Positions 19,911-29,870 of a DNA stretch of 64,000 bases are shown in pieces. Within the stretch, counting starts at the first letter, position 1, and every line of letters starts with the position of its first letter. The stretch comes from an uncultured Actinomycetota bacterium (GTDB lineage: Bacteria; Actinomycetota; Actinomycetes; CAVWCF01): positions 64,001 through 128,000 of the forward strand of contig CAVWCF010000002.1 of the NCBI GenBank assembly GCA_963753435.1, written 5' to 3'. The notes under the pieces are model-generated. The model saw only the letters and a list, made by a program, of their open reading frames with translations, was not told where the DNA came from and searched no databases. The position numbers and the translations under genes were made by a program.

Positions 19911-21062
19911 CCGATTCCGCGCCGAGGTCGCTGATCGTCGAGGCCGACGGCGGTGCTCGCGGCAACCCCGGTCCCGCCGCCTACGGCGCCCTGGTGCGCG
20001 ACGCGGCAGACGGGGGCGGTCCTGGCCGAGCGCGCTGAAGCGATCGGGGTTGCTTCGAACAACGTCGCCGAGTACCGCGGACTGATCGCCGGGCTGCAAG
20101 CCGCCACCGAGTTGAGCGCTGAGGCCACGATCGAAGTACGCATGGACTCCAAGCTCGTGGTCGAGCAAATGTCGGGGCGCTGGAAGATCAAGCATCCGGA
20201 CATGAAGCAACTCGCGCTGCAGGCCCGGCGCACCGTCGCAGCCGACCGGGTGCGATACACCTGGGTGCCCCGGGCCAACAACGCCGCTGCTGACGCGTTG
20301 GTGAACGAGGCTCTGGACCGCGGCCCCGTGCATCGCGGTGGGTCAGCCGGCGATAGTGGTTCCAGTGTCAGCGACCAGGAGCCGTCCTTAGCGGCAGGCC
20401 CGGAGGTCAGCGCTGCCCGGACTGGCGTGCCGGGATTCAGCGCAATGGGGGACCCAACCGTTGTCTGGTTGCTGCGTCACGGCGAGACCGAACTCACGGC
20501 TCAGCGCCGGTTCTCCGGGCGCGGAGGTGTCGATCCGGAACTGACCGAACTCGGTCGGGCGCAGGCGGCCGCAGCAGCGGCGGCACTCGCCGGTCGGATC
20601 GATGTGATCATCGCCTCCCCGCTGCGGCGTACACAGCAGACGGCAGCTGCGGTGTCGGCCGCCACGGGGATCGACGTGCTCGTGGATGAGGAACTTGCCG
20701 AATGTGCCTTCGGCGAGTGGGACGGCCTGACTTTCGCGGAGGTCCAATCAGGCTGGCCGGAGCACCTGGCCGAGTGGCTTGCCGACGCCACGGCCGCACC
20801 ACCGGGTGGGGAGTCGTTCGTGGCGGTCGCCGAGCGTTCAGCGGCTGTGCTGCAGCGCGCGGTAGCGGCGCATTCGGGCCGGCAGGTTCTGCTCGTCGCG
20901 CACTCCACGATCATCAAGTCGCTGGTGCGGTTGGCGCTGGATGCGCCGGCGGAGGCAGTCCTTCGGATGCAGCTGTTGCCCGGTTCGCTGAGCCGGATCG
21001 ACCACTACGAGGACGGGAACCAGGCGTTGCGCTCGTTCGCCGTTGATAGTCACCTGCCCTGA
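19907..21062 (+). CDS. Bifunctional RNase HI / histidine phosphatase, +1 frameshift near 20005-20016
   Basis: IVEADGGARGNPGPAAYGALVRD in one frame; GAVLAERAEAIGVASNNVAEY..MDSKLVVEQM and LLRHGET in the next; span 1156 = 3n+1. Confidence 0.88.
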
Positions 21063-21084
21063 GAGCCCGATACCCTTGAAGCAC

Positions 21085-21500
21085 GGCGGACGAGTCGGCC
21101 GGACGGTCGCGTCGGCGCAACGGCCCGCACACTGCGGGTACGGCGTCGCCGAGGAAAGTCCGGGCTCCATAGGGCGCGGTGGTGGGTAACGCCCACCCGG
21201 GGTGACCCGCGGGACAGTGCCACAGAAAACAGACCGCCGGTCCGCGAGGACCGGTAAGGGTGAAACGGTGGTGTAAGAGACCACCAGCACCGGGGGTGAC
21301 CCCGGTGGCTAGGCAAACCCCACTGGGAGCAAGGCCAAGAGGGAACGGGGCGACCCGATCCTGCGCAGACGTTCGAGGGCGGCCCGCCCGAGTCTGCGGG
21401 TAGGCCGCAGGAGGCTGTCGGCAACGGCAGTCGTAGAGGGATGACCGTCCCCGGACTCCGGTCCGGGACAGAACCCGGCTTACAGGCCGACTCGTCCGCC
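21085..21500 (+). ncRNA. rnpB: RNase P RNA (type A)
   Basis: GAGGAAAGTCCGGGCTCC, AGTGCCACAGAAA, GGGTGAAACGG and ACAGAACCCGGCTTA; terminal P1 pairing GGCGGACGAGTCGGCC/GGCCGACTCGTCCGCC. Confidence 0.97.
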
Positions 21501-21509
21501 CCAGGTCTC

Positions 21510-21889
21510 TGGCATGTTCTTTGACAACGAAGAGGGATAGCGGTGGCTTCACATCCACGTGAAGACACACGCCGGAAAGGTCGGTGCGAACGCTGGCGTC
21601 ATTGGCGGAGCGGTTCTCGGTGCGATCTTCCCGCCCGCGGGGGTGGCGTTGGTCGCAGATGGCGCTCTGGGCGCCGCCAGCCTTGGCGCGATCGGCCACT
21701 GCCGGCGGCATCTCCTGAGCCGACCTGAAGGACCTAGGCGCTCTCTAGGAGGACAGCCAAGCGGCAGTCGTTTCCGCCGCGAAGAAGGCCAGCAAGGCGG
21801 TCGACAAAGGCGACGTCAGCGCTGCGCTAGCCGACATCGAGAGCGGGGCCGCGGACGCAGTTGAAGCAGGAGCGGCAGATCTGATCTGA
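21510..21889 (+). pseudogene. Decayed DUF1269-like membrane protein fragment
   Basis: GVIGGAVLGAIFPP..GALGAASLGAIGH, then a frameshift to GIS*ADLKDLGAL*EDSQAA with stops at 21716 and 21746. Confidence 0.55.
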
Positions 21890-22284
21890 ACTCGGCTGGG
21901 TTGGGGACTACGCATCAAACCGCGTACTCAACCGCCCAGCCAACTTTCTCGGCTTGAACCTGCTCTAGTTGAGCGGCAACTTTCGCGGAATACCCTGCGC
22001 TTAGGGTTCTCGGACGTTCAGGTACTCACGAAGGACGGAGTGGGGCCAAGAAGCCGTACCGCGATCCTTCTTGAGTACGACCTGGCGAGGGTTGCCCACG
22101 GCGGCGTGGAACCCGGCTGTGTGTTTGAACGGATGAAGCAGTCGCCCTGTCGTAGCTAGCTAGCCGCGCCGGAGCCGCCTAACCTGGGTGTTGTCAGTCC
22201 GCCGAGATTTCGTTGCGAGTCCGCTGCTGGTCTTCATTGACCAACGCTAGCCAAGGGTATCTCCACAGGTCAGAGAGCTGACCA

Positions 22285-22306
22285 GGCTTTCAGGCCGACT
22301 CGTCCG
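22285..22306 (+). repeat. Direct repeat of rnpB 3' end (att-like)
   Basis: GGCTTTCAGGCCGACTCGTCCG versus GGCTTACAGGCCGACTCGTCCG at 21477-21498 (21/22 identical). Confidence 0.8.
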
Positions 22307-22338
22307 TCCATGCCAGCGCAGTGAGGGCCACCTGCGCT

Positions 22339-23952
22339 CTAGTAGGCGCCTCGGGCCTGGACTACAGCGTGAAACGTTCGCAGGATGATCCGCAAGTCCA
22401 GCAGCGGGGACCAGTTCTCGACGTAGTACAGGTCGAGGTGAAGGGACTGGCTCCAATCCAGGTCGGAGCGCCCACTAACCTGCCAGAGTCCGGTGATTCC
22501 TGGCTTGACGAGCAGTCTCCTAGTTGCATCCGAGTCATATGCCGAGACCTCTTGTGGGAGCGGGGGTCGTGGCCCGACCAGGGACATCTGACCTATCAGC
22601 ACGTTCCATAGCTGAGGGAGTTCGTCCAATGAGGTCCGTCGAAGGAAGGCGCCGACTCGGGTCACCCGAGGGTCGCTGATCAGTTTGAACAGTGGGCCTT
22701 CGTCGTGAAGGTTCCCTGGCGCGAGCAGGTCTAGTTGCTCCTCCGCGTCCTTCACCATTGAACGGATCTTCAGCATCGTGAACGGTCGGCTATCCCTGCC
22801 TATCCGAGTCTGTCGGAAGATCACTGGTCCGTGAGTCTCCAGCCGCACCGCGATACCGATTGCGACGATCAGTGGAAGCGTCAGCACAAGAGCTAGTGCA
22901 GCCAGGCCCCGGTCGAATATCGCTTTTCCCCACCTACGAACGCCGGTCAATTCGGGCTTGCGCACATGCAGTAGGGGGAGGCCGGCTACTACGTCTACTG
23001 CGAGCCTCGAATGGCTGACCTCGTCGACATTGGGGGCTACCACTATGTCGACGTCTGTGTCACCCAAAGAGCACACCAGCCGACGGACATCCGCCTGCGA
23101 CAGGTGCGACCAGGCCGCGATGGCCACGGTGTCCGCACCTGTGTTCGCCACTGCCTGAAGGGTGTCGGCTGAGGGACCGGCGACGGGGATGCCTTCAATG
23201 GTTTCATCGGTGTGCTTATCGACGACCACTCCCACGACGTGGTGCCCGTGGTCCTTGCGCTGCTGGAACCGACGAACAAATTCGGCCGCCGCTCGCTCTG
23301 TGCCCACGACGAGGACGCGGCGGGTAGCGACCGGCGAATCTGCGTTGCGGTGGATCCAGAGTCGGGTGGTCCGCCGCGCCAACACACTGATCAGGCCCGC
23401 CAGCACCAAAGCTGAGACGAGGAAGCGACCCAAATCAACCCATCCCAGGAGCAGGCTGACGACGCCCGTGGCTGCGATCGTCCACGTGGCGCTGCGGGCT
23501 ATTCGACGCATGGCCTCGGCGCTGGTCGGAGACAGCCACGATTCGTAGCAGCGGTTGACGCTCAGGGCGGTCACCCAGAGCAGCGAAACCCCGAGAGCAA
23601 GGACGGCCTCCTGCCACCGAACCGAGCCGCTGCCGGTAAGGACGAGTAGCGCCGTCGCGCCTGCCGCGGCGGCCGTCAGATCAAAGATGGCCAGTGCCTT
23701 GCGCCCGCGTGATCGCCGATGGCTGCCCGTGGGCAGAGGTTGCTTCTCACCCGGGCGATCAGATGTCAGCGATGCTTCCGCGGGTTGTCGCGGCGCCGAA
23801 CCCGAGCGGCGAAGCGTGGTTCCGCTGGGCCCGAGGGCCACTCTGGCAGCGATGGCGTGCTCCGGCGCATCCTCGCCTGCTGCCCTTTGCAGCGGGATTC
23901 TTGCCTCCGCGGGTATGCCCGCAGTTCCCGTGCCACGCGTGTCGGTTGACAT
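22339..23952 (-). CDS. Priming polyprenyl glycosylphosphotransferase (WcaJ/CpsE family)
   Basis: N-terminal TM helices, CoA-binding-like middle domain, DPRVTRVG.FLRRTSLDELPQL, MSLVGPRP, KPGITGLWQVSGRS. Confidence 0.93.
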   Translation of the reverse strand: MSTDTRGTGTAGIPAEARIPLQRAAGEDAPEHAIAARVALGPSGTTLRRSGSAPRQPAEASLTSDRPGEKQPLPTGSHRRSRGRKALAIFDLTAAAAGATALLVLTGSGSVRWQEAVLALGVSLLWVTALSVNRCYESWLSPTSAEAMRRIARSATWTIAATGVVSLLLGWVDLGRFLVSALVLAGLISVLARRTTRLWIHRNADSPVATRRVLVVGTERAAAEFVRRFQQRKDHGHHVVGVVVDKHTDETIEGIPVAGPSADTLQAVANTGADTVAIAAWSHLSQADVRRLVCSLGDTDVDIVVAPNVDEVSHSRLAVDVVAGLPLLHVRKPELTGVRRWGKAIFDRGLAALALVLTLPLIVAIGIAVRLETHGPVIFRQTRIGRDSRPFTMLKIRSMVKDAEEQLDLLAPGNLHDEGPLFKLISDPRVTRVGAFLRRTSLDELPQLWNVLIGQMSLVGPRPPLPQEVSAYDSDATRRLLVKPGITGLWQVSGRSDLDWSQSLHLDLYYVENWSPLLDLRIILRTFHAVVQARGAY

Positions 23953-24124
23953 CCGGACCCCCGTCCAAGTGCGCCAATTCGTCCCATACCCGTATCGACG
24001 GATGGCTCGTTCTTACTGCATCCGGATCGCCCTTGTGGACGGTTTGCAGAAGATCGTCTGGTGGTAGCCGCGGGAATATCCGCAATCCCCTTCCCGCGGT
24101 GATCAGTGACCCTAGTGTGGTCCC

Positions 24125-25951
24125 ATGATGCGGCGACCTTCAGGGTCTGCTGCAGTCGGTCTGACTGTGGTCGGCCTGCTCTTGGTCGGTGGTTCTGGCC
24201 TGCCAGCGTTGGATGCGCAGCCGGCGGGAACCCCACCGTCGCTGCGAGTCGCCGTGGCCGCTGATCTGGGCCAGACGGCAGCCACGTCCAGCGTGCTCGA
24301 CATGATCGGGCAAGGTGACTTCGACATGGCCGTCGCCGCGGGCGACTTGTCCTACGGGGCGACAGGCGGCGAGCAGGACTGGTGTGACTTCGTCAAGGCC
24401 AGGACCGGTGAGGGCTTCCCCTTTGAGTTGCTGGCCGGTAACCACGAAAGCAACGGCCAGAACGGTCACATCAACGACTTCGGGTCCTGCCTTCCCAATC
24501 AGTTGCCCGGTGCCGTCGGGACGTACGGTCGGCAGTACTACGTCGATGTACCGCAGGTGCAGCCACTAGTGCGGTTCGTCATGATCGGGGCCAATCTCAC
24601 GTTCCCAGACGGTTGGTACGACTACCGCAAGGGCTCGCCGCGCTACGTATGGACCGCGGCAGCGATCGATGGGGCTCGTAGTGCTGGAATCCCGTGGGTT
24701 GTCCTTACGACGCACTACAACTGCCTCGGAATTGGCAACTACGACTGTCCGCTCGGCAGAGACATCGTCGACCTGGCAATGGACAAGCGGGTTGATCTGG
24801 TTCTGACCGGGCATGACCATCTCTACGGCCGCACACACATGTTGGGCACTGGCGCGGCATGCCCCACCGCAACCGAAGGTTATGACGCAGATTGCGTCTT
24901 GGACAGCGGAGCCGATGGTGTCTACGACACGGCTGATGGCACGATTCTGGCGACGGTTGGAACCGGCGGCCGGAGTGTCTATCCGGTCAACCCCTCTTCG
25001 CCCAATCTGTCGTACTACAAGGCATATAGCGGCATGGTGGGGGCGCCCGAGTACGGACTGCTGGACCTGACCATCGACGCAGACGGTCTGAACGGCCGAT
25101 TCAGGACCGTGACGGGCGCGGAGACGGACCAGTTCACGATCCGCGCAGAGCTCTCCGGCCCCACTGCTCCGCAGCCGCCTACGGACTTCACTGCGACGGT
25201 GATTAGCGGCCCCGCGGTGGATCTGTCGTGGGTGCACGCCGGCGCCGACGTAGCCGAGTTCGACTTGTTCCGTGACGGTGCCGCTCTGGCTACTGTGCCT
25301 GCAGATGCCCGCAACTACTCCGACGCAGCGGTCGCTGCCGGGTTCTCCTACGACTACCGCCTGGTTGCCAGGGGCGTCAACGGCCTTTCCTCAGATCCCG
25401 CGTTGGTATCGGCCTCCGTTCCTATTGCGGAGCAACTGGTCCTGGTGCCAGCCGAGTCCGAGTGGTCCTATCGCTTCACCAATCAATCCGCGCCACCCCC
25501 CGGTTGGGAGGATCCTGCTTTCGATGACTCAAGCTGGCCCTCTGGCTCCGCACCCTTGGGATTCGGCAGTTCCCATATCGCAACGAATGTCGACGTGGCA
25601 GGCACGGAGACCCGGCCGCTATCTGCGCAATTCCGAAGAGACTTCATGATCGCCGATCCCGGACTCCTACCGCCCGTGCAGGTGACAACGCACGCCAACG
25701 ATGGTGTCGTCGTCCTGGTCAACGGTGTGGAGGTGGGCAGAGGCAACCTGCCCTCCGGACCGATCTCGTGGACCACCTATGCGACGGCGGCGCCACCGAC
25801 GTCCTATGCAATCTCGCACTCGTTGACCTTCGCCGTCCCCCATTCGGTGTTGCGCGCCGGTGTCAACACCGTCAGTGTGCAGGCGCATCTGAACTATCGG
25901 CGAACCGCCTCAATAAGCATGGACCTGGAGATGCGCACAGTCACTAACTGA
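24125..25951 (+). CDS. Secreted purple-acid-phosphatase-like metallophosphoesterase + FN3 + shared jelly-roll-like module
   Basis: Signal peptide; ADLG, GDLSY, GNHE and GHDH motifs; FN3 LSW..YDYRLVA; C-terminal module W.Y..FDDS.W..G..LGFG..NDG..HLNYR. Confidence 0.85.
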   Translation: MMRRPSGSAAVGLTVVGLLLVGGSGLPALDAQPAGTPPSLRVAVAADLGQTAATSSVLDMIGQGDFDMAVAAGDLSYGATGGEQDWCDFVKARTGEGFPFELLAGNHESNGQNGHINDFGSCLPNQLPGAVGTYGRQYYVDVPQVQPLVRFVMIGANLTFPDGWYDYRKGSPRYVWTAAAIDGARSAGIPWVVLTTHYNCLGIGNYDCPLGRDIVDLAMDKRVDLVLTGHDHLYGRTHMLGTGAACPTATEGYDADCVLDSGADGVYDTADGTILATVGTGGRSVYPVNPSSPNLSYYKAYSGMVGAPEYGLLDLTIDADGLNGRFRTVTGAETDQFTIRAELSGPTAPQPPTDFTATVISGPAVDLSWVHAGADVAEFDLFRDGAALATVPADARNYSDAAVAAGFSYDYRLVARGVNGLSSDPALVSASVPIAEQLVLVPAESEWSYRFTNQSAPPPGWEDPAFDDSSWPSGSAPLGFGSSHIATNVDVAGTETRPLSAQFRRDFMIADPGLLPPVQVTTHANDGVVVLVNGVEVGRGNLPSGPISWTTYATAAPPTSYAISHSLTFAVPHSVLRAGVNTVSVQAHLNYRRTASISMDLEMRTVTN

Positions 25952-26462
25952 TGCGGTCATCTCCTAGCCCGGAGGGGTTATGGCGTGCCAAGGCGTGGGG
26001 CGGGGCGGCCCGCCTCAGGTGGCTGCTTGACACGTGGTCGGTGTAGGGGACGTACTGGACGTCCACGCCCAGTTGCTGGAACCTGTCTTCGAGGTGGGTC
26101 CACTTCGACGATCCCCGCCAATCGTCCCCCTTGAACACGACGTCGAATCGCACCATTTCCCAGGTCGCGAGTTTGTCCGTAGTCGTCTCAAGGTGAACCT
26201 CATCGACGAACCTGATCGCTTGCACGATCATTATCCGCGCCCGTTCTGGCACCACGGGTCGTCGACCCTTCTGCCGTTCCGCAACCTCGTCGGAGACGAC
26301 TCCAGCAATCAAGTAGTCGCAGGCCAGTCGGGCCCTCCGCAGCATGTTGAGATGACCCATGTGGAACATGTCGAAAGCGCCCGGTGCGTAGCCGACGGCA
26401 CCACTCCTTGGCCGCCCCTCCGTTAAGCCGAGGCTGCTCGACGCCAACTCACCCACGTGCAT
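25944..26462 (-). CDS. Cytidylyltransferase (TagD-like)
   Basis: GAFDMFHMGH, LIAGVVSD, FKGDDW, YTDHVSSS. Confidence 0.88.
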   Translation of the reverse strand: MHVGELASSSLGLTEGRPRSGAVGYAPGAFDMFHMGHLNMLRRARLACDYLIAGVVSDEVAERQKGRRPVVPERARIMIVQAIRFVDEVHLETTTDKLATWEMVRFDVVFKGDDWRGSSKWTHLEDRFQQLGVDVQYVPYTDHVSSSHLRRAAPPHALARHNPSGLGDDRIS

Positions 26463-26946
26463 CGACCTCTCGGATTGCCGAGCGATCTCTCGTCAGCAAT
26501 TCGCCTTGCTCATCAAGAGTCGCTGGTAGGTAGTCGACCTGGACGCCGACAGCCTGCATGTCTGCTGCGATCTTGCCCCACAGGTCCGAGGCGCGGAGGT
26601 TGTCGCCCACGAACAACTTGTCGAACCTCAGGAACTGCCAGGCCTCCTTCTTGTCGTGGGAGGTTTGCGGGACCACGTGGTCGACGTAGCGAACGCTTTG
26701 AATGATTTCCATCCGCTCGATGAAGGGGAAGACTGGCAACTCCCCGTGTACCGCCTGGGCGACCTCGTCTGTACTCACTCCCACGATGAGGTGGTCGCAT
26801 TCCTGACGTGCGCGCCGGAGGAGGTGGATATGGCCTTCGTGGAGGAGGTCGAAGACCCCGGCCGTGTACCCAACAACGGCTGGCCGAGGTTGCGATGGGG
26901 CAGGGCGACCGACTCGATGGGAGCCAACACCTTCTGGGTCCGTCAT
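26449..26946 (-). CDS. Second cytidylyltransferase (TagD-like)
   Basis: GVFDLLHEGH, LIVGVSTD, FVGDN; lacks the C-terminal S(S/T)T motif. Confidence 0.82.
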   Translation of the reverse strand: MTDPEGVGSHRVGRPAPSQPRPAVVGYTAGVFDLLHEGHIHLLRRARQECDHLIVGVSTDEVAQAVHGELPVFPFIERMEIIQSVRYVDHVVPQTSHDKKEAWQFLRFDKLFVGDNLRASDLWGKIAADMQAVGVQVDYLPATLDEQGELLTRDRSAIREVDARG

Positions 26947-27044
26947 CTTGATTATGCTCCCTAATCCAATACTGCGCGCCCGCTAAGATATGGGGTGAGT
27001 TTATTAGTTCGTGGCGGTAGCGACGCCGCGGAGGGGGACTGCCG

Positions 27045-27791
27045 ATGTCTACTGCTACTCCGGTCTCGGACGTTCTGAACGCGCTGCGGGAGCGTTGGTT
27101 CGTGATCCTCGTCGCCGCAATCATCGGCTTGGTAGTGGGCGCGATCGCGTATGTCGTATTAGATCAGGACTATGAGGCCACTGCCGTTTTCGCGGTTGAG
27201 CCAGTTGCGTCAACCCCGTTGACGGGTGACCCGGGCAACCTGAACATGGCAACAGAACTTGTGGTCGCTCAGTCCCAGCCCGTAGTGGAGCGCACGGCCG
27301 CAGAGCTAGGGGAGGTACCGCGGTCTGTTGATGCGGCTTTGGAGGTCACAGTCCCTCGCAATTCGAACGCGCTGGCCTTCACGTTCAGTGCGGATGAGCC
27401 AGCTGTGGCAGCAGAGGGTGCTAACGCCGCGGCCCGGGCGTACGGCGAGGAACGCGCCGGCCTCGTGGACTCGGTCTACTCAGAGGCTGAGTCCGACCTG
27501 GAGAAGAGCATCGTCGCGACTCAGGCTCAGCTGACCGAAGTAGAAGCTGGCAGCGCGCAGGAGTCGTTGCTGGAGGCGCAACTGGCTGGGCAGCAAGCGC
27601 GGCTGGCGGAGTTGACGGGAACGGACTTCTATCCGGGTACGCTGGTCAGCCCCGCAGTGCCGCCTTCAAGCGCTAGCGGACCTGGCCGGACATCCCTGCT
27701 GCTCGCCGGCTTGGCCTTGGGCCTGCTTATTGGGGCCTTTGTGGCTCTCGTCATGAGCCGAGGGGACGGCCAGCGGCGTTCGGACATCTAG
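27045..27791 (+). CDS. Wzz/YveK-like polysaccharide co-polymerase (no kinase domain)
   Basis: N-terminal TM, YEATA, coiled coil, PAVPP..S.P and a Gly-rich C-terminal TM. Confidence 0.75.
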   Translation: MSTATPVSDVLNALRERWFVILVAAIIGLVVGAIAYVVLDQDYEATAVFAVEPVASTPLTGDPGNLNMATELVVAQSQPVVERTAAELGEVPRSVDAALEVTVPRNSNALAFTFSADEPAVAAEGANAAARAYGEERAGLVDSVYSEAESDLEKSIVATQAQLTEVEAGSAQESLLEAQLAGQQARLAELTGTDFYPGTLVSPAVPPSSASGPGRTSLLLAGLALGLLIGAFVALVMSRGDGQRRSDI

Positions 27792-27806
27792 TTCGTTGGC
27801 GCGGGC

Positions 27807-28724
27807 TCAGTTCTGGGCTTCCCAGATCTCGTCCACTAGAGACTTGGTTTCAAGGATGTGCGCCCGGGTCGAGGCCCCGAACACAACGGACTCAATTGCG
27901 GGGAATCCCGCGATCCACTCGAGCGCCTCGCGCGGGTGGATCGCCCCGGAGGCGAAGACCGACATAGCTATTGCGCGGAACTCCCGGTTCGCCAGCGCGT
28001 CTTCGTAGGCCGCGAAGCCCCCGGACATCCGGAAACCGATCTTGTTGATGTTCGAACACACCACTGGGTCTCGGACGTCCGCAGCGTCCAGGGCATCGAG
28101 CAGTGACGGCAGATTCATGGTGATGAACCCCGGCTCGGCGTCGTAGCGGCGTCGAACGTGTGAACTGAAGATGGCGAAGGCCTCGTGCGCTCCGAGTCCG
28201 AGCAATAGGTCCACGACGACGTTCTGCAGGAACACGACTGGAGTACGTAGTCCGTGGAACATCTTCATCTCAGCGTCTACCAGGAGGGTGACGAGCCCTT
28301 CGATGTCCTTGGCTGCGAGCGCCCGACCCCCCCGCATCGCAGCGTTGAGGAACCCCTCGTCCGGCAAGAATCGCCGAACAGCTTCCAACATGCCGTCCTC
28401 GGTCACAGCATTGGCGTACTTGTGGGCGTATGGCATGCAGGGTAGGAAGGTGAATCCTGTGTAGCGCGAACCGCCATCCCGGACCCGATTGCAGATATCG
28501 ACGATCCGATCGTGCGTTGTGCACATGAACGTCGGGATGCCCGCGTCGTAGGCGACATCGAGTACGTCCATGATGGCGTCATTGGTCTGAAAGCGGATGG
28601 CCTGCGCTCGGGCCTTCTCCTCGCTCATGTGGTTTACGCCGAAGAACTGGTTGTCACCGAAAAGCAGGCGGTCCAGCACAGGCCCGCGGGCCTCGGCGAG
28701 ATGTGGCTGCGATGCTCCGTTCAC
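27807..28724 (-). CDS. Conserved hypothetical protein, aldo/keto-reductase-like barrel
   Basis: RLLFGDNQFFGVNH, AYDAGI, IAMSVFASG and VVFGAS resemble AKR/TIM-barrel elements; translationally coupled to the oxidoreductase. Confidence 0.6.
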   Translation of the reverse strand: MNGASQPHLAEARGPVLDRLLFGDNQFFGVNHMSEEKARAQAIRFQTNDAIMDVLDVAYDAGIPTFMCTTHDRIVDICNRVRDGGSRYTGFTFLPCMPYAHKYANAVTEDGMLEAVRRFLPDEGFLNAAMRGGRALAAKDIEGLVTLLVDAEMKMFHGLRTPVVFLQNVVVDLLLGLGAHEAFAIFSSHVRRRYDAEPGFITMNLPSLLDALDAADVRDPVVCSNINKIGFRMSGGFAAYEDALANREFRAIAMSVFASGAIHPREALEWIAGFPAIESVVFGASTRAHILETKSLVDEIWEAQN

Positions 28725-29866
28725 GCTCGTCGCCTCCAGCCCCAGCGGAATCGCCGGCGCTCGCTCGTCTTCATCCTGGGTTCTCCAGCGGCTGACAGTG
28801 CTGGTGACGGTGCTTTTCGTTCAGCGGCATCATCGATGATCATTGCGATCGCGCGATCGGTAGCCAATCCGCTTCTGAAGTCATTGACGGTAGGCAGTGT
28901 TGCCCCGGCGAGTGAAGCGGCCGCCGCCCGAATGAATGAGTCGATCTGGGCGCTGTACTCCTCACCCCGCAGGTAGAAGCCGACCGGCTTGGTGAGATCG
29001 GTGGTGTATCTGATGTTCCAGCCTTCGTGGTAGCCGGACGGGGCGGTGGCGTTTGACCGTAGGAACGTCCGACATTCCTGACGATCGGCCTCGATCTTGC
29101 CGTCGCGGCCCCACAGCGTGACCCGCGTCGTCATCTTCCGGTAGGACTCGTCCGACCAGTTGACCGACAGTTGAGCGCTCGTGCCTCCTTCGAAGTCGAT
29201 GCTGCAGTAGACCTCGTCCTCCGTCTCGGCGGAGTGGATGCGTCCGAGCGTGGCCCCCTCGACTCCAGTTGGCTCGCCGAAGTACCAGCAGGCAAGATCC
29301 AGCGGATGGGCGGCGTAGTCGTAGAGAGCACCGCCGCCTTCCTTCTTGCGCGAGCGCCAGGTGCTGCCTTTCGACCTCAACACGACCGGCCCATATGCCT
29401 CGACGAGGGCGTGGGAGACCGGGCCGATAGCCCCCGACTCCAGCAGTTTCTTGACTTCCTGGAAAGACCCAACGAACCTGTTGTGATAGCCCACTTGGCC
29501 GACGAGTCCGCGCGCCGCCGCTTCGGCGGTAAGGGCGGCTGACTGTTCAACGCTCAACGCAAGGGGCTTCTCGCAGAAGACATGGTGGCCAGCCTTGAGC
29601 GCAGTCATCGCAAGGTCGTAGTGAGTGCGTGTGGGAGTGGCGATGACCGCGGCGTCCGCGGCGACCGAATCGACCATGCGTCCGTAGTCTGAGTACGTCG
29701 GCAACCCGCTGTACTTGTTCAGTACGTCGAGTACGTACCGTGATGAGTCACAGACGCCGACGATCTCCACCTGTGGGTGGGCACGGAGGATGGCCAGGTG
29801 CGATAGCCCCATCTTCCCTACGCCTACGACTAGTACGCGGAGCCGCTGCTGTGTCCCGTCTGTCAA
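28721..29866 (-). CDS. Gfo/Idh/MocA family NAD(P)-dependent oxidoreductase
   Basis: GVGKMG, HVFCEKP, VGYHNRF, GGGALYDYAAHPLD. Confidence 0.92.
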   Translation of the reverse strand: MTDGTQQRLRVLVVGVGKMGLSHLAILRAHPQVEIVGVCDSSRYVLDVLNKYSGLPTYSDYGRMVDSVAADAAVIATPTRTHYDLAMTALKAGHHVFCEKPLALSVEQSAALTAEAAARGLVGQVGYHNRFVGSFQEVKKLLESGAIGPVSHALVEAYGPVVLRSKGSTWRSRKKEGGGALYDYAAHPLDLACWYFGEPTGVEGATLGRIHSAETEDEVYCSIDFEGGTSAQLSVNWSDESYRKMTTRVTLWGRDGKIEADRQECRTFLRSNATAPSGYHEGWNIRYTTDLTKPVGFYLRGEEYSAQIDSFIRAAAASLAGATLPTVNDFRSGLATDRAIAMIIDDAAERKAPSPALSAAGEPRMKTSERRRFRWGWRRRA

Positions 29867-29870
29867 GGCG

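Noticed and set aside
20005-20016. Programmed ribosomal frameshift in the RNase H gene
   Set aside because: No slippery heptamer or stimulatory structure seen, and the same +1 lesion type recurs in unrelated genes
27013-27022. GGCGGTAGCG resembling the RfaH ops/JUMPstart element before the Wzz-like gene
   Set aside because: Short GC-rich match expected by chance; lacks the final TG, precedes a single gene, and no NusG paralogue is in the window
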